From: Candidatus Nitrosopumilus koreensis AR1
GTDB taxonomy: Archaea; Thermoproteota; Nitrososphaeria; Nitrososphaerales; Nitrosopumilaceae
Assembly: GCF_000299365.1 (NCBI RefSeq)
Contig: NC_018655.1
Span: 1,530,001 to 1,562,000, forward strand
Reading direction: 5' to 3'
Length of the DNA stretch: 32,000 nt
Within the stretch, counting starts at the first letter, position 1. Each line of letters begins with the position of its first letter. The position numbers and the translations under genes are program-made. Shown piece after piece: positions 1 through 8,970 of this stretch. The notes beneath the pieces were generated by a model. The model saw only the letters and a program-made list of their open reading frames with translations, did not search any database and was not told the origin of the DNA.

Positions 1-286
1 TCTTTATTTTCTTTACAAGTGAAGATACAAGACCAATTCCACGTTCTGCAGGAACAACATCACAGTCTTCAGATTCATCTTTGGCTCTTCCTACTTCAAG
101 TTCTGGGGCAATTATAGTAGTTTTCCCATTTTTTTCTAGCAAACCTATTGCTTCACCCCAAAATCCAGTCATGTAAAAGAGGTTTTCAGGCTCAAAAGTG
201 ACCAAAGTATCACAACTGATCTTTTGAGCATGTTTTAGTAGATTTTTTCTGCGTTGCTTCACACACAAAAAACACTCGTTTCTCAA
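1..286 (-). CDS. M24-family Xaa-Pro aminopeptidase/prolidase-like protein, N-terminal part only (gene continues beyond the left edge)
   Basis: Absent from the ORF track because it runs off the edge and has a non-ATG start. The reverse-strand translation reads ...KQRRKNLLKHAQKISCDTLVTFEPENLFYMTGFWGEAIGLLEKNGKTTIIAPELEVGRAKDESEDCDVVPAERGIGLVSSLVKKIK. That matches the pattern of the creatinase/prolidase N-terminal domain. In-frame start candidates are TTG 286, TTG 268 and GTG 262. Confidence 0.5.
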   Translation of the reverse strand, partial: MRNECFLCVKQRRKNLLKHAQKISCDTLVTFEPENLFYMTGFWGEAIGLLEKNGKTTIIAPELEVGRAKDESEDCDVVPAERGIGLVSSLVKKIK

Positions 287-334
287 TTTATGTATGATGC
301 AAAGTTTGTATATGGAAATTCCTCCTAGATCGCT

Positions 335-1348
335 GTGACTGAAGAAAAAGAGAAGAAAAAAGTGGTTGCATTACTGTCAGGCGGTTTAGACAGTCAACTT
401 GCAGTTAGAATGATGCAAGAACAAGGATTTGATGTTTCAGCAGTTGCAATAAAAACTCCATTTTGTGATTTTGATTGCGGAAGAGGTTGTGGATTTGAGA
501 TTAGAGAAAGAGCTGATGATCTTAATGTAAATTTGAAAACAGTATATCTTGGTGATGAATATATCGAGATGTTAAAGAATCCAAAACATGGAATTGGTGC
601 TGGATTCAATCCATGTATTGATTGTAGAGCTATGATGTTTGATGCTGCAAAAAAACACATGGAAGAAATTGGTGCAGAATTTATTGTATCAGGAGAAGTG
701 TTAGGTCAACGTCCAATGAGTCAACATGGACCTGCATTAAGAACTATTGAAAAAGAATCAGATCTTGTAGGAAAAATTGTGAGACCATTATCTGCTGGAT
801 TATTACCAGAAACAATTCCTGAAAAAGAAGGTTTGATCAAAAGAGAAAATCTGGGAATGATAAGAGGTAGAACAAGAAGAAACCAATTAGACATGGCAAA
901 AAAATATGGAATTGAGAATCCTCCTAATGCCGGGGGAGGATGTTTGTTAACAGAACCACAATTTGGAATTAAAGCTAAAGATCTTTTCAGTCATGTTGAA
1001 ACACCAACAATTAATGATATTGATTTGTTAAAAATTGGAAGACATTTTAGATTAGATGAAGAAACAAAATTAGTAGTTGGAAGAAATAAAGATGAAAACG
1101 AAATGATCAAAGCAATCGCATTACCAAATGATATTTTACTTGAGGTAAAGGATCATGTTGGACCAACTTCAATTCTACGAGGCAATAATGCAAAAAATCA
1201 TACAGAATTTGCATCATCAGTTACACTAAGATATTCAGATGCTCCAAAAGATCAATCAGAGATTGTTTTAGTAAAAAGAGGAGATGTTAGTGAAGAAATT
1301 AGTGCAAAGAGCATAGAAGAAGAAGCTTACATTAAATTTAGAATTTAG
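335..1348 (+). CDS. PP-loop ATP pyrophosphatase, ThiI/MnmA-like tRNA thiolation enzyme (no THUMP domain)
   Basis: SGGLDS PP-loop motif near the N-terminus. NPCIDCRAMMF and SGEVLGQRPMSQ segments resemble ThiI-type tRNA sulfurtransferases. GTG start, with a TATA-like tttgtatatgg about 25 nt upstream. Confidence 0.6.
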   Translation: MTEEKEKKKVVALLSGGLDSQLAVRMMQEQGFDVSAVAIKTPFCDFDCGRGCGFEIRERADDLNVNLKTVYLGDEYIEMLKNPKHGIGAGFNPCIDCRAMMFDAAKKHMEEIGAEFIVSGEVLGQRPMSQHGPALRTIEKESDLVGKIVRPLSAGLLPETIPEKEGLIKRENLGMIRGRTRRNQLDMAKKYGIENPPNAGGGCLLTEPQFGIKAKDLFSHVETPTINDIDLLKIGRHFRLDEETKLVVGRNKDENEMIKAIALPNDILLEVKDHVGPTSILRGNNAKNHTEFASSVTLRYSDAPKDQSEIVLVKRGDVSEEISAKSIEEEAYIKFRI

Positions 1349-1421
1349 GCGTAAATTTCTAAAAAAATTAGTCAAAACTAAGGAAGAGTTTTTGAGGGAG
1401 TAGATCGCATTTTTAATTAGA

Positions 1422-1700
1422 ATGCAAAAACAAGAAAATACGACATTTCTAAAGGCCATAACCATTAGAGATATCAGCGATGTTCATTCGATTCAGGAAG
1501 ATATCAAAAAAGATATGATTTTGATTCTTAGGGTGACACCTCTAGCTCAAAAAGATGTAGATCAGCTTAGAAAAGTTGTTGAAGAATTGTATTCTATTGC
1601 AAAAAGTGCTGGTGCAGATATTGCAAGGTTAGGTGAAGAAAGAATTATTGTTGCTCCATCTAACATAAAGATCTGGAAGCCAGAATATGATCTAAAATAA
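1422..1700 (+). CDS. SepF-like (DUF552) small protein
   Basis: The 92-aa product has the pattern ...ILILRVTPLAQKDVDQLRKVVEELYSIAKSAGADIARLGEERIIVAPSNIKI. This mirrors the SepF core (vvvNL..l....a.RivDFlsG.vyAigG.i.riG..ifl..P.nv.i). Its 3' end overlaps the convergent aCPSF1 gene by 9 nt. Confidence 0.55.
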   Translation: MQKQENTTFLKAITIRDISDVHSIQEDIKKDMILILRVTPLAQKDVDQLRKVVEELYSIAKSAGADIARLGEERIIVAPSNIKIWKPEYDLK

Positions 1701-3650
1701 TTTTATTGCTTCTTGAATTTGAGGATAATGAGCTGGAACTCTATGCATTCTTCTAATATTCATAGCAAGGTTTTCGGATTTCTTTCTTTCACCGTGATTA
1801 ACTAAAACTCTTCGGAGTTTTGGTCTGAGTCTTTGTACAAATGACATTAATTGATTATAATCACTATGCCCACTAAATCCATCCAATTTCTCTACACCAC
1901 AATTGATAGTTACAACTTCTACTTTACCTTCTTTTCCTAACATTGTTGCTTGTTTTGATCCATCAAGCACTCTTCTTCCCAAAGTTCCATTCACCTGATA
2001 AGAAACAAACAGTACTTTGCTCTTTTTATCAGGAGCAATATTTTTGAAGTATTCTAACACAGGTCCACCCTCTAACATTCCGGACGTTGCTAAAATTATA
2101 CATGGAGAATTTTCTCTCATAGGTTCTTCTCTAGCATCAGCATGCTCAATATTCGTAAAATATTCAGAATCAAATGGATTATCATCAGTTTCTAGAATCT
2201 TTTGTTTGAGTTCACGTGCAAGATATTCAGGATAGGATTCATGGATTGCAGATGCCTCTGAAATCATTCCTTCAGTGAACACTGGTGCCTCAATCATTTC
2301 TCCAGATTTCATATAATGATCAATAACCATCATGATTTCTTGTGCACGACCAACTGCTGGAATAGGAATGAGAACTTTGCCACCATCAGCTAGAGTATTG
2401 TTTACTGCATTAATGAATGCAGATTCAACTTCTTGTCTACTAGGCTGTATGTCTTCTTTAAGACCATATGTACTTTCTATGAGTAGAGTTTCAACTCTTG
2501 GAAAATTCCAACTAGCAGCTTCAAATAAAATACTTTTTCCAAATTTGATATCACCAGAATAAACAAAATTGTGATCACCATTTCCAATATGAAAGTGACA
2601 TAATGCAGAACCTAGAATATGACCTGCATTTGCAAGAACTAGTTTAATGTCAGGAGAAATATCAGTTACGGTTCCATATGGTAAAGTGATTGTTTGTCTC
2701 ATAATTTGTTTTACATCACGTTCAGAATAGATTGGGGTTCTTCCTTGAGCAGCAGCAACTTTGATTGCATCTAATTGAATTAGATTCATCATAGGTAGTG
2801 TTGGTTCTGTACAATAGATTGGTCCTTTGTATCCATATTTACATAATGTAGGTAAAAATCCAGTATGATCCAAATGGGCATGACCAATAACGACTGCATC
2901 AAGATCATCTAATGTTATATTCAAAGAATCTAATCTAGGAAATGCATCCATTGGAGAACGTGCTCCAGGGTTTATTCCACAATCAATTAGTATCTTACTT
3001 TCAGGTGTAGACAATAATAATGATGAACGTCCAACTTGACCAAACCCACCAAGAGTAAAAAGTGAAACTTCTGTTCTTTGTGTTAGTCTAGGTCTAAAAA
3101 TTTCATCGCCAACTTGTTTTAGTTGCTTACTTCTTTCAGCAGAAGCCTGTTTAAGAGTTGCATTAATTGTTTGAATAGTACGAGAGGGAACAGTTGTAGC
3201 CTTTCTTACACGTATTTTCCAGCCTGTTTTTTCAGTCACTTCAGCATGATTGAATTCTTTTGCATTTCTTTGCAGCAACCAGGGTCGTTTTGCTTCAATT
3301 GAAACTTCTCCAGTTGCAGTATCAAACAAAGTGGCTTGCAATTTTGCATCATCAGGAACTAAACTTGCAATAATTTTTCGTGCTTCATCTTCAGGTTTTC
3401 TAATTGATTCATCAGTTCTAACAACAATTCGTTTTTTAATAACACTAACAAGATTTGAAATTGTTTGATTATTTTCCATTAGATAACGTGGAGAATTTGT
3501 GTAAAGTGCAATTCGCGGTCCTTCGTATTCAATTTTTGTAACATTTGCTTCTTTGGGTATACTTTGCAGTATGGTGGCCATTATATTCTGGCTGCTAGGA
3601 GGTAATTCTTTTTGTTGTTGTTTTCTTTGCATTAAATCACTAAAGCTCAA
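1692..3650 (-). CDS. fttA: aCPSF1/FttA: KH-domain + metallo-beta-lactamase + beta-CASP ribonuclease (archaeal transcription termination factor)
   Basis: 652 aa. The N-terminal KH-like region carries EYEGPRIALYT, the MBL motif is GHAHLDHTG, and a beta-CASP C-terminal region follows. Length and architecture are typical of aCPSF1. An alternative start is Met24 (3581); with the 3650 start the gene overlaps the psmB stop by 11 nt. Confidence 0.9.
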   Translation of the reverse strand: MSFSDLMQRKQQQKELPPSSQNIMATILQSIPKEANVTKIEYEGPRIALYTNSPRYLMENNQTISNLVSVIKKRIVVRTDESIRKPEDEARKIIASLVPDDAKLQATLFDTATGEVSIEAKRPWLLQRNAKEFNHAEVTEKTGWKIRVRKATTVPSRTIQTINATLKQASAERSKQLKQVGDEIFRPRLTQRTEVSLFTLGGFGQVGRSSLLLSTPESKILIDCGINPGARSPMDAFPRLDSLNITLDDLDAVVIGHAHLDHTGFLPTLCKYGYKGPIYCTEPTLPMMNLIQLDAIKVAAAQGRTPIYSERDVKQIMRQTITLPYGTVTDISPDIKLVLANAGHILGSALCHFHIGNGDHNFVYSGDIKFGKSILFEAASWNFPRVETLLIESTYGLKEDIQPSRQEVESAFINAVNNTLADGGKVLIPIPAVGRAQEIMMVIDHYMKSGEMIEAPVFTEGMISEASAIHESYPEYLARELKQKILETDDNPFDSEYFTNIEHADAREEPMRENSPCIILATSGMLEGGPVLEYFKNIAPDKKSKVLFVSYQVNGTLGRRVLDGSKQATMLGKEGKVEVVTINCGVEKLDGFSGHSDYNQLMSFVQRLRPKLRRVLVNHGERKKSENLAMNIRRMHRVPAHYPQIQEAIKLF

Positions 3651-4281
3651 TGACTGCTTTCTTTTGTTCTTCAGTCAAAAGACGGAATCCATCTTTATCC
3701 ATTACTGCGATGTTAATTCCATCGCCGGTACCAATGTTTCTAACTATTGCGGCTTTTACAGCTCTTAAAGCAATTTTTTTTGCTTCTTCAACTGTAAGAT
3801 CTTCTTTATACTCTTCTTCAAGTAAACCATAAGCTACAGGTGAACCACTACCAGTTGTAACGTATGATTTTTTTTCAACTGAACCAAACATATCTATGTT
3901 AAACAGTGCAGGGCCTTCTGTATCATAACCACCAACCAAAATATCAGCCATGAATGGGTAGCCTCTATTTTGATGGAAGATCAATGAACAAAGTCTTGCA
4001 AGTGAATGAATTGAAATTGGTCCATGTTTTTCAACCCTATGAAGATTAGAATGATAACGTAAAATATCAACAATGTTTTGAGCATCAGCAACACCACCTG
4101 CAAGTGTTAGTCCTGCATGATCATCAATTTTTTGAATTTTCATGGTGTTGTTGTTTGCAATGAAATATCCAGCACTGGCCCTCATATCTGCACATAAAAC
4201 TACACCATCCTTTGCCTTGATACCTACAGTGGTAGTCCCGTGCAGAATTTTTTCTTCGACATTATTTGACAAAAAATACAC
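3640..4281 (-). CDS. psmB: proteasome subunit beta
   Basis: Propeptide followed by the active-site threonine (HG|TTTVGIKAKDGVVLCADMRASAG). Full-length match to the archaeal 20S beta-subunit pattern. Confidence 0.92.
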   Translation of the reverse strand: MYFLSNNVEEKILHGTTTVGIKAKDGVVLCADMRASAGYFIANNNTMKIQKIDDHAGLTLAGGVADAQNIVDILRYHSNLHRVEKHGPISIHSLARLCSLIFHQNRGYPFMADILVGGYDTEGPALFNIDMFGSVEKKSYVTTGSGSPVAYGLLEEEYKEDLTVEEAKKIALRAVKAAIVRNIGTGDGINIAVMDKDGFRLLTEEQKKAVIEL

Positions 4282-4349
4282 CTATTAAGATAAAGTAAAT
4301 GGCATTTCACCCTTTTAAATAACTTTTTGATCTCTGGAAATCATAAATA

Positions 4350-5413
4350 ATGACAAAAAATCAAGATCGCATGAAATCCCATACAATGGAGTTACCTAGG
4401 CAGATTGTTGTAGGTGAAAAGAACATAAATGAATTTGGAGAATTTTTGCACAATTTAACAAAACCAAAAAAAATTTCTCTAATTTCAGGAATTCATGTTA
4501 AAAAAGTTCTCAGACAAAGAATTGAAAAATCATTAAAAATAAAAAAATCAAATTTGTATGGCATACATCAAAAGATAATCAAATTAGTACTCTAAATAGA
4601 ATTCAAAAAGATGTAAAGAAAGATCAAAGTGACATTATTGCAGGTATTGGTGGTGGACGATCTGTCGATACTGCAAAATTAATTTCTTTTAATTTAGATA
4701 TTCCATTTGTTAGTGTACCAACTGCGGCATCACACGATGGGGTATCAAGCCCATTTGTTTCAGTTAAAAGTGACAAACCACACTCTATTGTTGCATCTGC
4801 ACCATTAGGAGTTTTTGTAGATATAGACATTATCAAAAAAGCACCATCAAGATTGCTTGCTAGTGGTTGTGGAGATTTGGTAGCAAATATCATTGCGGTC
4901 AAAGATTGGCAATTAGGTCATCAAAGAACTGGAGAATATTATGGGACTTATTCAGCAGAATTAGCTATGATGAGTGCCATGATGGTATTAGATAATTCAG
5001 GGAAATATGCAAAAAATGGATTAGATGCAAGAGTAATTGTTGAAGCTTTGATTAGTGCGGGAGTAGCTTCGTGTATTGCAGGGAGTAGTAGACCATGTTC
5101 TGGTGCTGAGCATCTTTTTTCACATGCTTTGGATAAAATTGCACCAGGAAAGGGATTACATGGAGAAAAATGTGGAATAGGTTCTATCATGATGGCAAAA
5201 CTTCAGGGACAAGATTGGAAAAAAATCATAAGAACATTGAAAAATGTTGGAGCACCAACCACAGCAAAACAAATTGGTTTAACTGAAGATCAGATAATTG
5301 ATGCTTTAGTTATTGCACAAGATTTGAGACCTGAAAGATATACAATTCTAAAAGAGATAGAGATGACAGAAAGAAAGGCAAAAAGTCTTGCAAAGAGTAC
5401 TAAAGTGATTTAA
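4350..5413 (+). pseudogene. egsA: glycerol-1-phosphate dehydrogenase, reading frame interrupted by an apparent 1-nt frameshift in an A-tract (pseudogene, assembly error or programmed slippage)
   Basis: The N-terminal part is in frame 0 (4350-4595, ...ELPRQIVVGEKNINEF...). The remainder is in the -1 frame, open from 4526 (...FVWHTSKDNQ...DIIAGIGGGRSVDTAKLISFNLDIPFVSVPTAASHDGVSSPF...), and runs into track ORF 4853-5413. The joined length of about 354 aa is normal for G1PDH. Confidence 0.85.
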
Positions 5414-5414
5414 T

Positions 5415-6161
5415 TTAAGCAGCCTTTTGTTCAGGTGCTTTTTCTTTTGTCTCAGGTTTCTTTTCCTGAGTTTGTTTGTTGATATGAGTTTCAACAAAGT
5501 TTACTTTTTCTAAAGTAGGAACAAATTTGAAAATATCTAATTGGATAAAATGTTTCATAATTTGTAAACCATCTGCACGAAGAATTTCTTCTGGAATGGT
5601 AATACTAACTTCTTTATCTTTTAAGTCAAATGAGATTTTTGAATCTTCTACTGGGAGTCTATTTTTTAAAATTCCATCGACTTTATCAGTTGGAGAATCA
5701 AGGGATTTGATAACGTTTACATCAAAAAGAATTGTTTTTCCTGCATATCTATGATTATAATCAATTTGAACTCTTCCTGAGCCAATAAAACGAATGATTC
5801 CTCGTTTATTATCAACTTCAATTGTATCACCAACTGAAACTTTCTCTGCATCTTCACCTAGTTTCCTAATTGGAATCATTCTGACTTTACCAGAATCTCT
5901 TTCTCCAAACCCTTTGTCAGGTGTAACTTCAACTGTAAGTTTGTCACCAACAGCTGTTTTTGCAAGTGCTTCATCAAGTCCTTTAAGAACTGGATATGAA
6001 ACTTCGCCAATTGAAACTAGTTTTGGTTGATATTTGACATTTTGTTCATGAATAGAAAATTTTTTTGCGTCCTCTTCAATTGTTGTGTCAAATACTTCTT
6101 CACTATCTTTGACCTTTGCTGTATAATCAACTAAGATTAGTGAACCTTTATCGAAAGTCAA
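5415..6161 (-). CDS. FKBP-type peptidyl-prolyl cis-trans isomerase, long archaeal type
   Basis: FKBP core pattern YPVLKGLDEALAKTAVGDKLTVEVTPDKGFGERD. Insert-in-flap region plus a C-terminal domain. Lys/Glu-rich tail. Confidence 0.75.
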   Translation of the reverse strand: MTFDKGSLILVDYTAKVKDSEEVFDTTIEEDAKKFSIHEQNVKYQPKLVSIGEVSYPVLKGLDEALAKTAVGDKLTVEVTPDKGFGERDSGKVRMIPIRKLGEDAEKVSVGDTIEVDNKRGIIRFIGSGRVQIDYNHRYAGKTILFDVNVIKSLDSPTDKVDGILKNRLPVEDSKISFDLKDKEVSITIPEEILRADGLQIMKHFIQLDIFKFVPTLEKVNFVETHINKQTQEKKPETKEKAPEQKAA

Positions 6162-6203
6162 TGTGATCGGTCTCGAATTTCCTTATATTAAGTTAACAGA
6201 GAT

Positions 6204-7349
6204 TTAGAGAGACTTTAGTTTTTCTTCAGCAGTTTTTAGTCCTGCTTGAGAGTCTACTTCATATCCCATCATTGCTAATGTTGATGAAATTGCAGAGATT
6301 GTTCTCATTACATGATATGGACTAACTTCACCCATACATCCAACTCTGAATACTTTACCTTTAAGATTTCCAAATCCTCCTGCAACAAGAACTTTGAATT
6401 TGTTTGCAAGTGTATTTCTAAATGTCTTGTCTTCAAGACCATCTAGATAGTTTAAGGCAACAATAGAAATGGAACGATCTTCTTCCTTGGCAAATGGAGA
6501 CAATCCCATAGCACTAAGTCCAGAGTATAAGGCATCTGAACAAACTTTGTGTCTATTGAATACATTCTGCAGTCCTTCTTCAAGTAAAATTGCTAATGCT
6601 TCTCTATATGCATATAGTAAAGGTAAGGCTGGTGTGAAAGGAGTATGTTTTTCTTCATCATAATATTTGAAGTATCTTGCTAAATTGAAATACATTGTAG
6701 CCGGAGGATTTTCTTGCATGTATTTTTTAGCTTTAGGGCTAACTGAAATTGGAGAAATTCCTGGAGGTGCAGCAATTGCTTTTTGTGCTCCAGTCATACA
6801 TACATCAATATTCCATTTATCAACTGGAAGTGGTGCTCCACCTAAAAGAGATACAGAATCTACTACATAGAATGCATCATTTCTAGAAGTTAAGTCAGAT
6901 ACTTTATCAAGATAATTGACCATTGTTCCTGTTGATGTTTCGTTATGAACAACATAGAATGCTTTAACATCTTTGTTATTGTCAAATGCTTCTTTGACTT
7001 GATCAAATGTTGCATTTTGTCCAGGGGGGGTTTCAAGTTTTACAACATTAGCTCCTTGGCCTTCAATTAATTGAGATAATCTATTACTAAATTCACCATT
7101 AACTGGAATGATTACTTTGTCACCCTTCTTAACAAGATTAACAACGCCTGCTTCAACAGCACCAGTTCCAGATGCAGATAATGCTACAATATCGTTTTTA
7201 GTTTCAAAAACTTGTTGAGTTTTATCAACTACGTCTGTGTATAATTCAACAAAATCATCGCTTCTATGATTGATGATTGGTGCCAACATTGCTCTCATAA
7301 CTCGATTAGGTACATTTGTTGGTCCAGGAAGCATTGAGAGATATTCCAT
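6204..7349 (-). CDS. class V PLP-dependent aminotransferase (AGXT/serine-glyoxylate/phosphoserine aminotransferase family)
   Basis: N-terminal LPGPTNVP motif. PLP-lysine context TGAQKAIAAPPG. 381 aa. Confidence 0.8.
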   Translation of the reverse strand: MEYLSMLPGPTNVPNRVMRAMLAPIINHRSDDFVELYTDVVDKTQQVFETKNDIVALSASGTGAVEAGVVNLVKKGDKVIIPVNGEFSNRLSQLIEGQGANVVKLETPPGQNATFDQVKEAFDNNKDVKAFYVVHNETSTGTMVNYLDKVSDLTSRNDAFYVVDSVSLLGGAPLPVDKWNIDVCMTGAQKAIAAPPGISPISVSPKAKKYMQENPPATMYFNLARYFKYYDEEKHTPFTPALPLLYAYREALAILLEEGLQNVFNRHKVCSDALYSGLSAMGLSPFAKEEDRSISIVALNYLDGLEDKTFRNTLANKFKVLVAGGFGNLKGKVFRVGCMGEVSPYHVMRTISAISSTLAMMGYEVDSQAGLKTAEEKLKSL

Positions 7350-7390
7350 ACGTTATCTACCAGTCAGTACTATACGGGGTTTATTTATAA

Positions 7391-7885
7391 TTAGAGATTT
7401 TTTAGACGTTCTTTGGCATTATTGTTTATCAAAAAAATTTCTGTGCCTTTGGGTACTAGAGAATTCCAATTCTGATCGCTAATAATCAAATCTCGAACAT
7501 TTGTTCCAGACAGTTCGTTTCTTTTCAAAAAGGGAATTGGAATAACTTGAATATCTCGTTTTGAGTACAGATGATTTGTCAATTCATCATTGGAAAAAAC
7601 TATATCAAATTCTGGAACTATAGTATCAATTTTTTCAATCCATTTTACATGATTATCTAAATCAGGGATAAAATAGATTGAAATTTTTTTTTTCATGGAA
7701 TCATCTATTGATGACAGAATCATTTCCTTTCGTTCTTCTGCTGAAAAAGGATTATTTTTTTCAGGGGGTTTGTTAGAACTCCCCAAACCTACCCACAACT
7801 TATCTACTTTTGATAGAGCAAAGCGTAGCGCTTCAAGATGACCTAAGTGAAAAGGTTGGAATCTTCCTATCAATAGACCATTCAT
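7391..7885 (-). CDS. nadM: nicotinamide-nucleotide adenylyltransferase (archaeal NMNAT)
   Basis: N-terminal GRFQPFHLGH nucleotidyltransferase motif. 164 aa. Collinear with archaeal NMNATs. Confidence 0.88.
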   Translation of the reverse strand: MNGLLIGRFQPFHLGHLEALRFALSKVDKLWVGLGSSNKPPEKNNPFSAEERKEMILSSIDDSMKKKISIYFIPDLDNHVKWIEKIDTIVPEFDIVFSNDELTNHLYSKRDIQVIPIPFLKRNELSGTNVRDLIISDQNWNSLVPKGTEIFLINNNAKERLKNL

Positions 7886-7947
7886 ACAAAGATATAGAAA
7901 ATTTCTTTTTAAAAAACTATCATAAAGAGTACCAAGAAGACAAACTT

Positions 7948-8970
7948 GTGGATTTTATAAAAATCAATGGAGAGTTTGGGGAAGGTGGAGGTCAAATTAT
8001 TAGATCTGCAATTACTCTTTCATGCATTACAAAACAACCAATCCATATTGAAAACATTAGAAAGAAGAGAAAAGTTCCTGGGTTAAAACCACAACATCTT
8101 ACTGCAATTAAAATTTTAAAAAAAATTTCAAATTCCAAAGTTATTGGTGATGAGATTGGCTCTACTGAATTAAAATTTATTCCAGGACAAATTGAAAATT
8201 CAAAGTTATTTGAAGACGTAGGAACTGCAGGAAGTATATCGTTAATTTTACAAGTTTTAATTCCTGTAGTAGCAATCTCACAAAAAAAACTTGAACTTAC
8301 TATCAAAGGAGGCACAGATGTACAATGGAGTCCTACAATTGACTATACACACCATGTTCTAAAAGAAGCATATTCAAGAATGGGAATTCAATTTTCATTT
8401 GAATTAAAAAAAAGAGGGTATTATCCAAAAGGAAATGGTGAAATTGATTTGAAGATTAATCCATCAATAATAAGAGCTATTTCATTTTCAAAAAGAAAGA
8501 CAACTCAAGCAAAAATTGTTTCTACCTTATCAAAAATATCATTTAAAAAAATTGAAAGCGAGATTATGAAGATTAAAGAAAAATTAACTAAAGAAGATTT
8601 TCTTGTTGAAGTAGAAATTAAAGAACAAGAGGCTCTAGATTCTGGTGCATCTTTACTAATTTACAGTATTGATGAGAATTCAATCATAGGAATTGATGCG
8701 TTATATGACAAAAAAACTCAGAGGTTTAAACTAGATTACAATAAATTTTTAGATGATCAATCAGTAGATGGAAATCTTGCAGATATGCTTGTAGTTCCCG
8801 CAAGTCTAGCTGAAGGAAAAACTACATTTGAAGTAAAAGAGATCACAAAACATTTAGAAACTAACTTGTTTGTAACATCAAAAATTACAGGTTGTAAATA
8901 CGGAATAGGAAGATTATCTAATGGTTTTGAAGTAATTATTGAAGGTATATCATACCCCAGCATCAAGTAA
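7948..8970 (+). CDS. rtcA: RNA 3'-terminal phosphate cyclase
   Basis: GEGGGQIIRSAITLSCITKQPIHIENIR signature. The catalytic His context TKHLETN is retained near the C-terminus. The ORF is open from TTG 7810, but that start would overlap divergent nadM by 76 nt. GTG 7948 places the start 10 aa before GEGGGQ, as in characterised RtcA. Confidence 0.85.
   Translation: MDFIKINGEFGEGGGQIIRSAITLSCITKQPIHIENIRKKRKVPGLKPQHLTAIKILKKISNSKVIGDEIGSTELKFIPGQIENSKLFEDVGTAGSISLILQVLIPVVAISQKKLELTIKGGTDVQWSPTIDYTHHVLKEAYSRMGIQFSFELKKRGYYPKGNGEIDLKINPSIIRAISFSKRKTTQAKIVSTLSKISFKKIESEIMKIKEKLTKEDFLVEVEIKEQEALDSGASLLIYSIDENSIIGIDALYDKKTQRFKLDYNKFLDDQSVDGNLADMLVVPASLAEGKTTFEVKEITKHLETNLFVTSKITGCKYGIGRLSNGFEVIIEGISYPSIK

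Noticed and set aside
4624-4902. 92-aa minus-strand ORF in the region where the plus strand has no track ORF.
   Set aside because: It is antisense to the clearly recognisable -1-frame continuation of G1P dehydrogenase (GIGGGRSVDTAK...PTAASHDG). It is a shadow ORF.
7024-7030. G7 homopolymer (C7 on the coding strand) inside the class V aminotransferase gene. This is unusual in AT-rich DNA and a potential slippage site.
   Set aside because: The reading frame is intact across it (it encodes ...ETPPGQN...), so there is no evidence of phase variation or error here.
8761-8865. Possible loss of the catalytic histidine in RtcA: the ...VDGNLADML... segment has Asn where I first expected the adenylylated His, which would have suggested an inactive Rcl1-like protein.
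   Set aside because: The adenylylated His of RtcA lies further downstream, in the (S/T)xH(L)xTN motif. That motif is intact here (TKHLETN, His codon at 8851-8853), so the enzyme looks catalytically competent.
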